From positions 10,509-74,508 of the forward strand of contig JAZDLR010000010.1 in the NCBI GenBank assembly GCA_043801745.1: a stretch of DNA of 64,000 bases, in the 5' to 3' direction. How positions within the stretch are numbered: position 1 is the first letter of the stretch; every line of letters starts with the position of its first letter. A program made the translations under genes and the position numbers. Origin of the DNA: Candidatus Komeilibacteria bacterium. GTDB lineage: Bacteria; Patescibacteriota; Patescibacteriia; UBA1558; 2-01-FULL-52-15. Of the stretch, positions 53,846 through 63,900 are shown in pieces. Under the pieces are notes generated by a model. That model made no database searches, was not told where the DNA came from, and saw only the letters and a list, made by a program, of their open reading frames with translations.

Positions 53846-55111
53846 TTAAGTTGAGTGCTTTTTCCAGACAGTGATTTCCCGCCCAACTACCTGTCCCTGG
53901 CGGTGATAAACCAAAGTTCCCCGACTAGACAACTCGCGGGCTAGCGCAGTAGCGGCAATTTTTGGCGTAACCAAAGAAAAGCCCAAAGAAGTCAGGTCGT
54001 ACAGTATAGGCAAATAATGTTGCTCACCAGAGATAAAATACACCGGCCAGATCATTACCAGTGTTCCGGCAGGAGATAAAATTGTCTGAACCTGACGGCT
54101 AACTGCCAGATATAATTCAGCTAATTCTTGTTGCAGGACCCGTAAACGTGTCAAAGAAATATGGCGTTGTAGTTCACGCGCCGGTCCCAAATATGGCTCG
54201 GTAACCACGGCATCAATTGAGCCTGGCTGAAAATGCTGACTTAGCTGTTCAGCCGACAAAGTAACCAACTGAACCCGCACCTCTGGCCGCTGCTGTTGTA
54301 ACCAATGAATATTTTTCTCGGCCATGGCCACGGCCCGACTATCATTATCACTGCCATAGAGAGAGCTAAATCCCAATAGAGCGGCTTCCTGGAGAATAGT
54401 GCCTACACCACAGAAAGGATCTAACAAGCTCTGACTGACTTTTAGCTGACTAAAATTAATCATGATCTGCGCTACTTTAGGCGGCAGCATACCACGCTCA
54501 TCATCACGGTCAGGACGTCCATAATCACGCTGGCTGTAAGCAGCAAAGGGCTGCACGGCGCGGGTCAGTCCCACATAAGTCTGCCGTCCGTCAGTAACAA
54601 CAATAAATTCACGATTTAACAATTTGTTTTTGGTGACCGCTACTGACGATAGTATCCCCTCCCTATTAGCGACTAACCGTGCCTGTTTGCCTAATGATTG
54701 TAGGCGGCGCTTTAGCTGCAATCCTATGGTCTGCCAAACTCGGATACTAGAGGCCGGAACCTGATATAAGCTAAAACCAAAAACTATTTTCTTTTGCTCG
54801 TTATCTAAAGGTAGGAAATGCAGTAAATCATCCGGAGTAATAGCATCCGGACGCGGGATAGTATGCACCAATTCGGCAATCTTAATGGTGCCGCCCAGAC
54901 GCGGCATCAGCTCTAACGGATTAATGGCAGCGCGTACAACTAAGGCTGCCGGACTAATCATGATCACATCAGACTGTTTTAGCTGAAGAACAATAAATAA
55001 TTCCTCCGCTGACAGCGCCGGACTGTGTCCTAAAATGAAAATCCAGGATGACATATAGCCATTATAACATAAGGTTGACATCAATGCTGCCTTATGATAA
55101 TATTTTGCCAC
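53846..55111 (-). CDS. RNA methyltransferase, Trm11/RlmL (UPF0020) type, probably with an N-terminal THUMP-like domain
   Basis: SAM motif I LLDPFCGVGTILQEAALLG. Atypical motif IV TEPYLG in place of DPPY. True start may be an internal Met. Confidence 0.55.
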   Translation of the reverse strand: MAKYYHKAALMSTLCYNGYMSSWIFILGHSPALSAEELFIVLQLKQSDVIMISPAALVVRAAINPLELMPRLGGTIKIAELVHTIPRPDAITPDDLLHFLPLDNEQKKIVFGFSLYQVPASSIRVWQTIGLQLKRRLQSLGKQARLVANREGILSSVAVTKNKLLNREFIVVTDGRQTYVGLTRAVQPFAAYSQRDYGRPDRDDERGMLPPKVAQIMINFSQLKVSQSLLDPFCGVGTILQEAALLGFSSLYGSDNDSRAVAMAEKNIHWLQQQRPEVRVQLVTLSAEQLSQHFQPGSIDAVVTEPYLGPARELQRHISLTRLRVLQQELAELYLAVSRQVQTILSPAGTLVMIWPVYFISGEQHYLPILYDLTSLGFSLVTPKIAATALARELSSRGTLVYHRQGQVVGREITVWKKHST

Positions 55112-55124
55112 TTAGATTTGTTAC

Positions 55125-55205
55125 TTTCTCCCCGCTCGGCGGGGCCAGCGTGACGATCAAAGTAATCCATACCCTTCGAAGTCCCGCCCCTTGGGGCGAG
55201 GACGA
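55125..55205. repeat. GC-rich palindromic (REP-like) elements in the divergent promoter region
   Basis: ccccgctcggcgggg and cgcccc-ttgg-ggcg. Between the methyltransferase (minus) and rpsF (plus). Confidence 0.3.
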
Positions 55206-55243
55206 AGAATGGGTCCTTAATCATTAAGAATTAAGGTTACATT

Positions 55244-55732
55244 ATGTCACACTATGAATTAACCTATATTCTGTCGTCAGCCATTGCTGAAACAGACTAC
55301 CCGGCTTTGCAGAAAAGCATTGCCGCTTTGATCGTTTCCCTGGGTAAGGGCAGCATCACCAGTGAGGTCATACTGGGTAGAAAAAAATTGGCCTATCCCA
55401 TAAATAAAGACAAATATGGTCATTACGTGACCGTCGAATTTGACGCTGAAGCTGACAGTATCAAACCGCTTGATAGGGATCTAAAACACAATAACAGCTG
55501 TCTGCGTCATTTGATCATCAGTAAGAAAGTCTTGAGCCCCGAACAGCAAGAAATTGAAGCCAACCGACAGGCTAAAGTCCGGGCCCGCAAAGCTGCAGCT
55601 AAAAACGTGATCATACCTTCAGCCACGGCAGCTGAACCGGAGATTAAAAAAACATCTAAACCCAAGACCAAAATCACCCTGGATAAATTGGATGAAAAAT
55701 TGGACGAGTTACTAGGTCAAGAACTAAAATAA
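55244..55732 (+). CDS. rpsF: 30S ribosomal protein S6 (with C-terminal Lys/Ala-rich extension)
   Basis: MSHYELTYIL...GHYVTVEF. Conserved S6-SSB-S18 gene order. Confidence 0.85.
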   Translation: MSHYELTYILSSAIAETDYPALQKSIAALIVSLGKGSITSEVILGRKKLAYPINKDKYGHYVTVEFDAEADSIKPLDRDLKHNNSCLRHLIISKKVLSPEQQEIEANRQAKVRARKAAAKNVIIPSATAAEPEIKKTSKPKTKITLDKLDEKLDELLGQELK

Positions 55733-55764
55733 ATTCACCGGGGTAAGAGAAGCTCACCCTACAA

Positions 55765-55790
55765 CCTAATTCCTAAAGCCTAATTCCTAA
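55765..55790. repeat. Heptamer tandem repeat (CCTAAnn) x4 ending 5 nt before the ssb ATG
   Basis: cctaatt cctaaag cctaatt cctaattct ATG. Confidence 0.5.
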
Positions 55791-55794
55791 TTCT

Positions 55795-56244
55795 ATGGAT
55801 CTCAATCGAGTCACGCTTATCGGTAATGTGGTCCGCGATCCTGAATCACGCACCACTCCTACCGGTCAGACCGTAGTGTCCTTTTCAATAGCTACCAATC
55901 TGACTTGGACTGACAAAAACGGTCAACGCCAACAAAAAGCCGAGTTCCACAACATTGTCGCTTGGCGCAAATTGGCGGAAATTATCAGCCAATATGTTAA
56001 GAAAGGCAGCAAAATTTTTTTGGAAGGACGCCTGGAAACCCGCACCTGGGATGACCAAAATGCCATTAAGCATTACCGCTCAGAAATTATTGCCGACAAT
56101 CTTATCATGCTGGACCGCGCCAATACTGCTGGCGGTTCTAGCCGGCCGCAAACTAATAACACTCCGGCTGCGCCGCAATCAACTGAAGAACCAGTGATTC
56201 CGGTTGATGAGCAGGAAATTAATGTTGAAGATATACCCTTTTAA
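55795..56244 (+). CDS. ssb: Single-stranded DNA-binding protein
   Basis: OB-fold RVTLIGNVVRDPE...FHNIVAWRKLAE. Acidic tail ending DIPF. Confidence 0.9.
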   Translation: MDLNRVTLIGNVVRDPESRTTPTGQTVVSFSIATNLTWTDKNGQRQQKAEFHNIVAWRKLAEIISQYVKKGSKIFLEGRLETRTWDDQNAIKHYRSEIIADNLIMLDRANTAGGSSRPQTNNTPAAPQSTEEPVIPVDEQEINVEDIPF

Positions 56245-56253
56245 TTACTTACT

Positions 56254-56469
56254 ATGGACAAAGAAACTAAAAAATACTGCTTCTTCTGTGTCAATGCTAT
56301 TTCCAGTATTGACTACAAGAACACTCAGATGCTTCAGCGCTTCACCTCTTCCTACGCCAAAATCGTACCTAAACGGCGCAGTGGCGTCTGTTCCAAGCAT
56401 CAACGCAAATTAGCCCTGGCCATCAAACGGGCCCGCTTCTTGGCGCTGCTGCCTTATATTGCTAAATAA
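56254..56469 (+). CDS. rpsR: 30S ribosomal protein S18
   Basis: CFFC...IDYKN...SGVCSKHQRKLALAIKRAR. Confidence 0.9.
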   Translation: MDKETKKYCFFCVNAISSIDYKNTQMLQRFTSSYAKIVPKRRSGVCSKHQRKLALAIKRARFLALLPYIAK

Positions 56470-56474
56470 ACTCT

Positions 56475-57032
56475 ATGTTGGGACTAAGTGATATCAAACT
56501 CGGCACGGTTTTAAGTTTAAATAACGAACCGTATCAGGTTGTTTATACGCAACACATTAAGGTTGCCCGTGGCGGCGCTACTCTACGGACTAAATTAAAG
56601 AACCTGGTAACCGGCTCAACCTTAGAAAAATCCTTTTCCGGCGCCGATAAAGCCGAGGAAGCCGATCTAACCCGCTCGGCCGCAAATTTTCTTTATGAAC
56701 AAGGCGGTAAGACGGTTTTCATGGATAATGCCAATTTCGAACAATACGAATTTGACCCGGATGTTTTGGGTGAAGGCCGGAAGTATCTGAAAGAGGGACA
56801 AACCTGTGACGTTCTGATCTTTAATGGCCGAGCTGTGACTGTGGCCTTACCCAAAAAAGTAACCTTAAAAGTGACCTCCGCTCCTCCGGGAGTCAAGGGC
56901 GATACCAGCGGCAGCGCTACTAAAACCGTGACTTTAGAAACTGGTTTAGAAATACGCACGCCGCTTTTTATTAAAGAGGGCGAAGATATCGTTATCAACA
57001 CGGAAACCGGCGATTACTACGCGCGGGCTTAA
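56475..57032 (+). CDS. efp: Elongation factor P
   Basis: 185 aa. KVARGGATLRTKLKNLVTGS (KxxKGxxA loop bearing the modified Lys/Arg). Confidence 0.9.
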   Translation: MLGLSDIKLGTVLSLNNEPYQVVYTQHIKVARGGATLRTKLKNLVTGSTLEKSFSGADKAEEADLTRSAANFLYEQGGKTVFMDNANFEQYEFDPDVLGEGRKYLKEGQTCDVLIFNGRAVTVALPKKVTLKVTSAPPGVKGDTSGSATKTVTLETGLEIRTPLFIKEGEDIVINTETGDYYARA

Positions 57033-57055
57033 TAACCTATTGTCAAAATTGCCTG

Positions 57056-57092
57056 AAGAGATGCACGATAGCGCATCTCTTAATTTATTATT
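57056..57092 (+). terminator. Rho-independent terminator after efp
   Basis: aagagatgc-acgatagc-gcatctctt followed by aatttattatt. Confidence 0.45.
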
Positions 57093-57112
57093 GATAACGA
57101 TAATGGGCGGCT

Positions 57113-58357
57113 TTATTTTCCTTCAACAATAAAAGCGCTGCCACTAAAAATTACTTCCCGCAACCGGAACTCTCCCCGCATCATATCAATATAGGCAGCT
57201 GAATCCAGACCAGCTAATTGACTGATATACTGGCCAATCATAGCAGTCTGCACTGAAGAAAAGTGTAATTTTTCCTGTAAGACTAGTTGTAAAAAAAGAA
57301 TCACGCTGGCCAGTGAACCATCCGGCTGCCAGCGGTGTTTAGCCTGCTCACCGAAACGTACGCCAATTGACCGACGGACAATACCATTAATACGCAAATC
57401 ACTGGCAATAACCTCTACCAGCATTTTCTTTTGTGCCAGTAGTACCAAAGCAGTAATTATACGGTCTTTATCCTCCAACCCCAGGCCATTCCAGAGAATA
57501 TCGGCTAAACGCCTAGACTGACCAGCGATTTCAACTTCAATGCCGGCAGCCTTATTAGCTATTATTGTCTGCAGATTCTGAACATAATCACGGTAAGTGC
57601 TGGCAATTTCAGCAATATCAACTACTGCTTGTGTCGGCTGCTTGGGACGATCGGGAGTATTTTCGGCGGCTAAAGGTTTAACAGTTAATTCTGTCCCCTC
57701 CAGGTGAAACCGTGCCGCTGTGCCGTCACCATAACAAATTAAAAAATTCAACAAATTTTCTGTCTCTTCGTTGGATAATTTCCTGACATTAAGGCTGCGC
57801 ACCAGATACTGGCTGCGTGCCAGGCCATCATTCATAACTGGACCCATTAACCGCAGGAAATCTTTTAACCAATTTTCTATAGTGGGATCAACCGCCTGTC
57901 CTGCAGCATCCAGTAGGGGCCGATGAGTTAATAAGGCATAACGGTGTTCACTTTTTTGATCCAAAAAATCCCGGGCAGTTAACTGTTGGTTCTGCCCTGA
58001 TAACGCCGCCGACGCCGGAGCTGCCACTTCAGCCGGTACTTTACCGCCCAAACGTTCAATTAAGCTGTCTACGCCCGGCAGATAATGATGCAGCGGCCAG
58101 AGGCGGCGCTCGGCCAGTGCCAGAGCCAAAGCCCGCACATCAATACCGGCTAACGGCAGCTTAGCTAGCGCGGCGGGCAAATCAACCGGAACAGTATTAC
58201 CGGTAAAAACAGCTGCCAACACAGTCAATACTGCCTGCAACTGCTTGAGGGTTAATTTAAAATCAGCGGCTATGGCTATATTGGCATCCACGGCCGCTTC
58301 AGTAAAAATAAGGTCTTGAACTTCTTCAGGTAATTGCTGCAAAGAAGCTACGGGCAT
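57113..58357 (-). CDS. Hypothetical protein (414 aa)
   Basis: Long ORF with Ala/Leu-rich N-terminus and no motif. Directly downstream of the VirB6-like gene. Confidence 0.45.
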   Translation of the reverse strand: MPVASLQQLPEEVQDLIFTEAAVDANIAIAADFKLTLKQLQAVLTVLAAVFTGNTVPVDLPAALAKLPLAGIDVRALALALAERRLWPLHHYLPGVDSLIERLGGKVPAEVAAPASAALSGQNQQLTARDFLDQKSEHRYALLTHRPLLDAAGQAVDPTIENWLKDFLRLMGPVMNDGLARSQYLVRSLNVRKLSNEETENLLNFLICYGDGTAARFHLEGTELTVKPLAAENTPDRPKQPTQAVVDIAEIASTYRDYVQNLQTIIANKAAGIEVEIAGQSRRLADILWNGLGLEDKDRIITALVLLAQKKMLVEVIASDLRINGIVRRSIGVRFGEQAKHRWQPDGSLASVILFLQLVLQEKLHFSSVQTAMIGQYISQLAGLDSAAYIDMMRGEFRLREVIFSGSAFIVEGK

Positions 58358-58374
58358 AATTTCGGCCTAACATT

Positions 58375-60927
58375 TTATTCCAACTTATTACTTGTTGGTG
58401 AACCTTCAGATTCCACCTCAGAGCCACCAGAAGCAGCTTCACTACTGCCGCCAGAACTTGAACCAGAAGGTTCAGTGTCGATCTTGTCACTACCGGCAGC
58501 AGCCTGCTTTTCCCTTTCAGCCTCTTGTTTGGCATGTTCATCTAAATTATTAACCATCTGCTTCATTATGACTGACTCCTTTGATATCGGTTTCTCGGAT
58601 TTGTTAAAATAATTTGTTACAGCCTCAACATCATTAACAGAATTAGGATCATTAGGATCACGTCCCTGATCATCAGACACAGCCACAGTGCCGATATAAT
58701 CACCATTTAATAAAGTTTTGGCTAATTTTTGTTCCTTGGCATTTAATCCACCGGCAGTATCAATCTTGCCACGTAGTTTACTTATGGCGGCGGCCTTAGC
58801 TCTACTGGTTTTTTCCGGATCACCGGTACGCGCCATTTGAATAAATTGATTAGAAGTCATATGTGGGGCTGCCGCCTCAATACTATCAATATGAATACCG
58901 GCGGCTTGTTCTGGTGTCAATTTACCTACTAATTCTTCCATAGTCATTAACTGGTCATCTTTTACGGTTTCCTTACCATTAGCATCTATTACTTTAATTT
59001 TGACCTTATCGGTGGAGACATATCGTTCAATATTCTTGCTGTCAACTTGAGCGCCCAACGTCCTTAATTCGCGTCTCTCCTTAATGTTTTCATCTCCGCC
59101 GGCATCGGCCAAATTTGCCGCGCCCGAGACTGCCACGCCATAATTTTTCTTTTCACGATCAGTCATCTTTGGCGCCAAAGCCGCCAGTTGCTTGTTAGTA
59201 ATACCGGCTTCACGGGCAATCCTCATTAACTGCGGGGTCCAATTCCAACGGGCGGCAAATTTTTCAAAATCTCCCGCAGTATTAACGCCCCGTATAGTTT
59301 CTTTCGTTTTAGCCAGATCTCCTCCGGCATCGGGATATTTTTTCTGAAATTCCTCATAATGATCATGTGCCGGATCACCCTCGCCTGCCTGGCTCAATAC
59401 ACCATGGACCTTATTGCGCAACGCCTCCTTTTTCTTCAGATCCTTCATATAGGCGGACTTCTCATCAGTGTCATACTCTAGTTTCTGATCCTGATCCAAG
59501 CCATGACGTTTATCCAGCATCATAGCTGCCGCTTGAGCCTTCTCAGGATTAAGCGGAGTATTCATCGCGCGCTCCAACTCCTGATCAGTAGCGTAAGTCA
59601 TATCCTTATTATACTTAGCTGTACGTTCAGCTTTGGCCTGCCGATACTTTCTGGTTGCAGCCTGACCTACCTGAGAGTAGACAAATCCTCCTCCGGCATA
59701 CTTGACTGCACCACCTAGCACTCTACCACCCTTGGTAGCCATGGCCGCATTAATATTTTCGCGTAAATTCTGCATTGGCTGAGTTGAACCGATCTTACGC
59801 CCAACTTTGCCACCCAGAGCTGCTACGCCGAAACCAGCTGCCGCGCCAATACCCAAGGCAGTACCTTTAGCAAAATTAGTCATCTTACCCGACCACTGAT
59901 TAGCCATACCAGCACCAGCCACGCCAAGTTCCTGCGCTACTTTCAAACCGCCGATTAAAAGAGAAATACCCACGAAAAAACGCAACAGAGTAGCTACTAA
60001 AGGATTGCCTGAAGCGGTCGGACAGTCACCGGAACCGGTTGTTTCAGTAACGAAAGCATTTTGCGTATTGCTGCCGGCCGCGATTTTGGCAGCGGCCATT
60101 TCCTCATCTGTAGCGCCCTCTGACACCACCGGCACAGAAAGTGAGGCTTTCGTATCAGTCAGCTGTTGTGACAAACAACCCTGCACAGGGGTGGGTTGTG
60201 CAGAATTGGGTTGAACCACGGAAAAGCTTAACCATAGAAAGAAAGCTAAGGCCGGACCCACGGCCGCATAGTTACCCAACTCCCGCCACCAGCGTTGATA
60301 ATAAGTAAATCCGGTGGGCCAGGCGCTGAGCAGAAAAGCCACCGGCGCTAAAATAATAATAAAAGCAAAAGCAATAAGCCGGAAAAGGAAAATTAAAGAA
60401 ATAATAATAACGACTATCAGGGCCACCACCATCATAATGCCGCCCATCATAATCTGCACAAACACAGACAAGCCGCCGACAAACTGTTGTCCGGCTGTTC
60501 CGCTGACCAGGGTCATAACCGGAGTCAAACCTAATAATTGCGGAAAGCCGGCCTGGAGTGAATTCAGGAAAGCATTAACAAACGCCAAGGTTACTGCCTG
60601 AGAAACTTCAATAAAAAATAGAGCAATGGTTTTGCTGAAATTGATTAGGATAGCCATCAGAACCAAACGGCGCAGATTTTGCTGATAGCCGTAGCGGCTA
60701 CTGCGTAAAATTGTGCCTAAAGCAATAACCAAAAGAACAATAATAAAAAATAAATTACTAAGATCGCGGGTTACAGTCCAGCCGCGGTTAATAATCGTTT
60801 CATTGGCAAAATTCTGATAACTTAATACCCAAACCAAAACCCGGCTAACCAAAGTCAGTAACCAGCCAGGGATGTAGATCCACAGGAAATACCAGATTTG
60901 TGATAAGGCATCAACGATTGAAGGCAT
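58375..60927 (-). CDS. Polytopic membrane protein with long hydrophilic C-terminal domain, VirB6/TrbL/TcpH-like (possible type IV secretion channel component)
   Basis: At least six N-terminal transmembrane helices (FFIIVLLVIALGTIL...; IIISLIFLFRLIAFAFIIILAP...). Then a roughly 550-aa charged C-terminal domain with Gly-rich segments. Neighbourhood with type IV secretion genes. Confidence 0.45.
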   Translation of the reverse strand: MPSIVDALSQIWYFLWIYIPGWLLTLVSRVLVWVLSYQNFANETIINRGWTVTRDLSNLFFIIVLLVIALGTILRSSRYGYQQNLRRLVLMAILINFSKTIALFFIEVSQAVTLAFVNAFLNSLQAGFPQLLGLTPVMTLVSGTAGQQFVGGLSVFVQIMMGGIMMVVALIVVIIISLIFLFRLIAFAFIIILAPVAFLLSAWPTGFTYYQRWWRELGNYAAVGPALAFFLWLSFSVVQPNSAQPTPVQGCLSQQLTDTKASLSVPVVSEGATDEEMAAAKIAAGSNTQNAFVTETTGSGDCPTASGNPLVATLLRFFVGISLLIGGLKVAQELGVAGAGMANQWSGKMTNFAKGTALGIGAAAGFGVAALGGKVGRKIGSTQPMQNLRENINAAMATKGGRVLGGAVKYAGGGFVYSQVGQAATRKYRQAKAERTAKYNKDMTYATDQELERAMNTPLNPEKAQAAAMMLDKRHGLDQDQKLEYDTDEKSAYMKDLKKKEALRNKVHGVLSQAGEGDPAHDHYEEFQKKYPDAGGDLAKTKETIRGVNTAGDFEKFAARWNWTPQLMRIAREAGITNKQLAALAPKMTDREKKNYGVAVSGAANLADAGGDENIKERRELRTLGAQVDSKNIERYVSTDKVKIKVIDANGKETVKDDQLMTMEELVGKLTPEQAAGIHIDSIEAAAPHMTSNQFIQMARTGDPEKTSRAKAAAISKLRGKIDTAGGLNAKEQKLAKTLLNGDYIGTVAVSDDQGRDPNDPNSVNDVEAVTNYFNKSEKPISKESVIMKQMVNNLDEHAKQEAEREKQAAAGSDKIDTEPSGSSSGGSSEAASGGSEVESEGSPTSNKLE

Positions 60928-60936
60928 AAGTAATTA

Positions 60937-63900
60937 CTACAGTTGTGATTTCTTAATCATAATTATGGAGGGAGTAGCTCCACCATCGACTCCATAGTTT
61001 ATATAGCCTGCCGGCGTGCCTGCAAGATTAGTACAGCCCTGACCGATAGGACCCCAAGCATCATTAGAACACCAACCCCAATTATCTTGTAGCCGGACTT
61101 TGGGACGATAACAGGCATAGCCCGAGGGACAACCGGTCAGACCAGAAGCCGCGCCATCAAAAGCGGCACTATACTGATAAACATGAAAATAAGTACGGAT
61201 TGTTGGATCACAAGCCTGAGTGGTACCCGCAAACTCCAGAGAATAGTCCTCTCCCCAAGTAAAGGAGCACGTTTGTCCAGCGGGACAATCAGCATTAGCT
61301 GCGCAGGCCCGAGCTTTCGCTATTGAACAACGTCCGATTCTTTCAACAACAGTACCAGGATTACAGACCGGCCAGTTATTCTTGTAGTAGCCAACATTGG
61401 CTTGACGCGTGCCATCACCCCAATCGACTTCAATGGAACGCAGCGGCATACGGTACTTATTAGCCAAAGCGTAGAAAGAAATAGTAGCTAACATAGTGTT
61501 CTCATCTGACTTAATCTGTCCGGTCTTCTGATCATTGACTAAGAAGTTGCCAACAGTACCCAAATCACAACTTAAACTGGTAGCCGGGCAGTTGGGTTCG
61601 GCTATGATCGGGCCATAAGCCGGTTCGACGTAGCGCGAATTCGGACGAGAGGCATTAGCAATAGCTTTATAATTGTCCGATGTTGTTGGTAAAACTTTTG
61701 CCGCCTCAACCAAGGCAAAATCTTTAGTCATTGTTCCATCAAGCGGTAAGGCACTTTGCCTGATAGCGTCGGTTGAATTCGGATCACAACTAGGATTAGT
61801 ATCCGGATCACACAAGGGCTGATAACTATCTCTATCAGGAATGCAGAATGGTCTGGTATCAGTACTGCCGGCAGCTACTGGCACCTGAATATCACCAGCA
61901 TATTTGCAGGTAGCGGGAAAATTGCAGGTAGCATCACCCACAGGAATTTCCTGACCTAAATTATTGAGCTGACCCGGTATATCACAGCGGACCGATCTAC
62001 TAGTGAAATCCGGACCCTGACAATATTTTGCTTCTGGTTGGCACACAGCCGAAGAATTAAGGGCTAGTATTGAAACCTCGCAACTATCGCCCGCTAAAGC
62101 TCCGCTCAGAAAGTACCATCTAGTACAAGAACCAACAGCTACACAATCTGCTCCATTACAACAAGATGTACCGCTGAGATCTAAATCCAAATAACTATAA
62201 AATTTATCACCAGAGGTATCACAGCTATAGGCACTAGCATCAACCTGACAGACATGACTATCAGCATAGCCCGGTCCGCTCTTGCACTGTTTTAATCCTC
62301 CAGCAGCATCAACGCAAGAAAAGTCCGGCGCATAAGGAGTACAATCAACGGCGCATTTCATTTCCGATTCAGGATCACTACTACAACTATGATCCGGCTG
62401 TAATTCAAAGCCGGCGGGACAAGTATGACAAGCACTTCCATCCGTAGCTGATTTTTCACAGTGTGCCGCTACAGTTTGACAGGAATTACCCTCTAACTTA
62501 CAGCCCGCAGATGATCCCAAGACTGAACAAGCATTACCGCCGTTAGGACCGCCATCACAAAGCAAATAAGCGCAAGACTTACCAATGGCATAACGGTAAA
62601 TACCAAATAATTTCTGATAAATCTGTTTTAGGCGGTTAACACCAACATCATAAGTATCAGCCGGTGAGCCAGCCTTATTGCCAAACCCCGGATCAGTCCA
62701 GCCTTTGATATACAAATTACTTTTGGCATCAGCTAAGGACTGACACTGGCTGCGGTCAGAATTACAGGCATAAGGACTGCCGGCGCGTGGTAGCTCGCCT
62801 CGATTCTTAACAGTCAAACCACTAAATTGTTGAGGCACAAAGCCCGAACCAGGAACAACCGAACCATAGGGAGTATCATCACGCTCCAGGGTATAACCCT
62901 GTATGGCAGGGGTAAAATTTATAGCATAAGGTTGTCCGTTCTGTTTATAATCGGACCAGAATAAATTAGTTTTGGCCGCATTATCGCCGCGCTCGTTAAC
63001 GGCCGCGGCCAAATAGGTACACAAAGGCCTGGGCCAGCTTTCAGCGTTAAAGAAGGTGCCGCGGGTCCCATCACAACGTTCATTAGAATTTGAACATTGG
63101 AGATAATCAGTCGCTCCATCATAATAACCCAAACAGTAATCAGCATAGCCCAGATGGGCCTTTTTACCTTTTTCAACATAATCAGGATAATCAACGTAAC
63201 CGATAATATCGGGGTTATTTAAACACACCGACTTACCGTTAATAGTAGCCACGGGATAAACATCATGAGCCTGATCACTACCCATGTCTTGAAAAGGGAG
63301 AAATATAAAACGATCATGCCCAATACTGCCCCCCATTGGCTCCCGGAAAGTGGAGCCATCTTTGTTATACATAGCATAGTAATCACCAATATCTTTAAGC
63401 TTCATCTTGGCAGTTACCCAATGCCAACGGTCCTCCACAATAACCGATTCCGCGCAATAATAAGCCGGCGCTTTCAAATTATAACCGGCATCACGGTTCT
63501 GATTAAAGTAATCAATACCGCCCAGAGCATTATCAACCGGCAGCCAGGACAAACAGGCAAATTCTGAAGCTGAACCATTAATGGAGGTGGAATAATCCGG
63601 CTCCAGACAATACCCGCCCCAGTTCAAGAAGATATCACTGCGCGTTAAGTAGGCTGGGCTACCACCCGGACATTGATCGGAAAGAGAAATATCCTCATCT
63701 TTGACCTTCTCCACCACAGTACAAGTCTTACCGTCTAGATTACCGCCCGAACAAATACAGGAAGGCACTTCATTATTGCCCAAAGTTCCATTGATAGAGA
63801 AGAAGCGCGTCAAGTTCTGACCCGAACCGTATTGTAATTTATAATATCCGGGCTCACAGGAAGCAACAGAACTGTCACAAATACCGGCCTGCTGAAAACC

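Noticed and set aside
7343-63567. Other short overlapping ORFs in the track (for example 7343-7546, 7450-7710, 7746-7931, 7967-8167, 8044-8259, 8729-9130, 9539-9727, 10399-10668, 10646-10873, 12329-13348 set, 13865-14089, 14360-14900 set, 15183-15374, 16883-17229, 17711-17935, 20129-20434, 21485-21754, 22148-22330, 23355-23722, 24403-24870, 25314-25616, 26200-26400, 27357-27566, 27827-28616 set, 29451-30379 set, 31375-31997, 32713-32943, 35314-36559 set, 37030-37245, 39152-39388, 40142-40354, 40910-41155, 41752-42993 set, 45512-45934, 46818-47039, 47871-48113, 48491-48826, 49265-49636, 50587-50823, 51984-52184, 53344-53604, 55885-56413 set, 56693-57001, 58326-58612, 59503-60601 set, 62919-63567)
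   Set aside because: Each is nested inside or antisense to a longer ORF with recognisable domain content. None has independent support.
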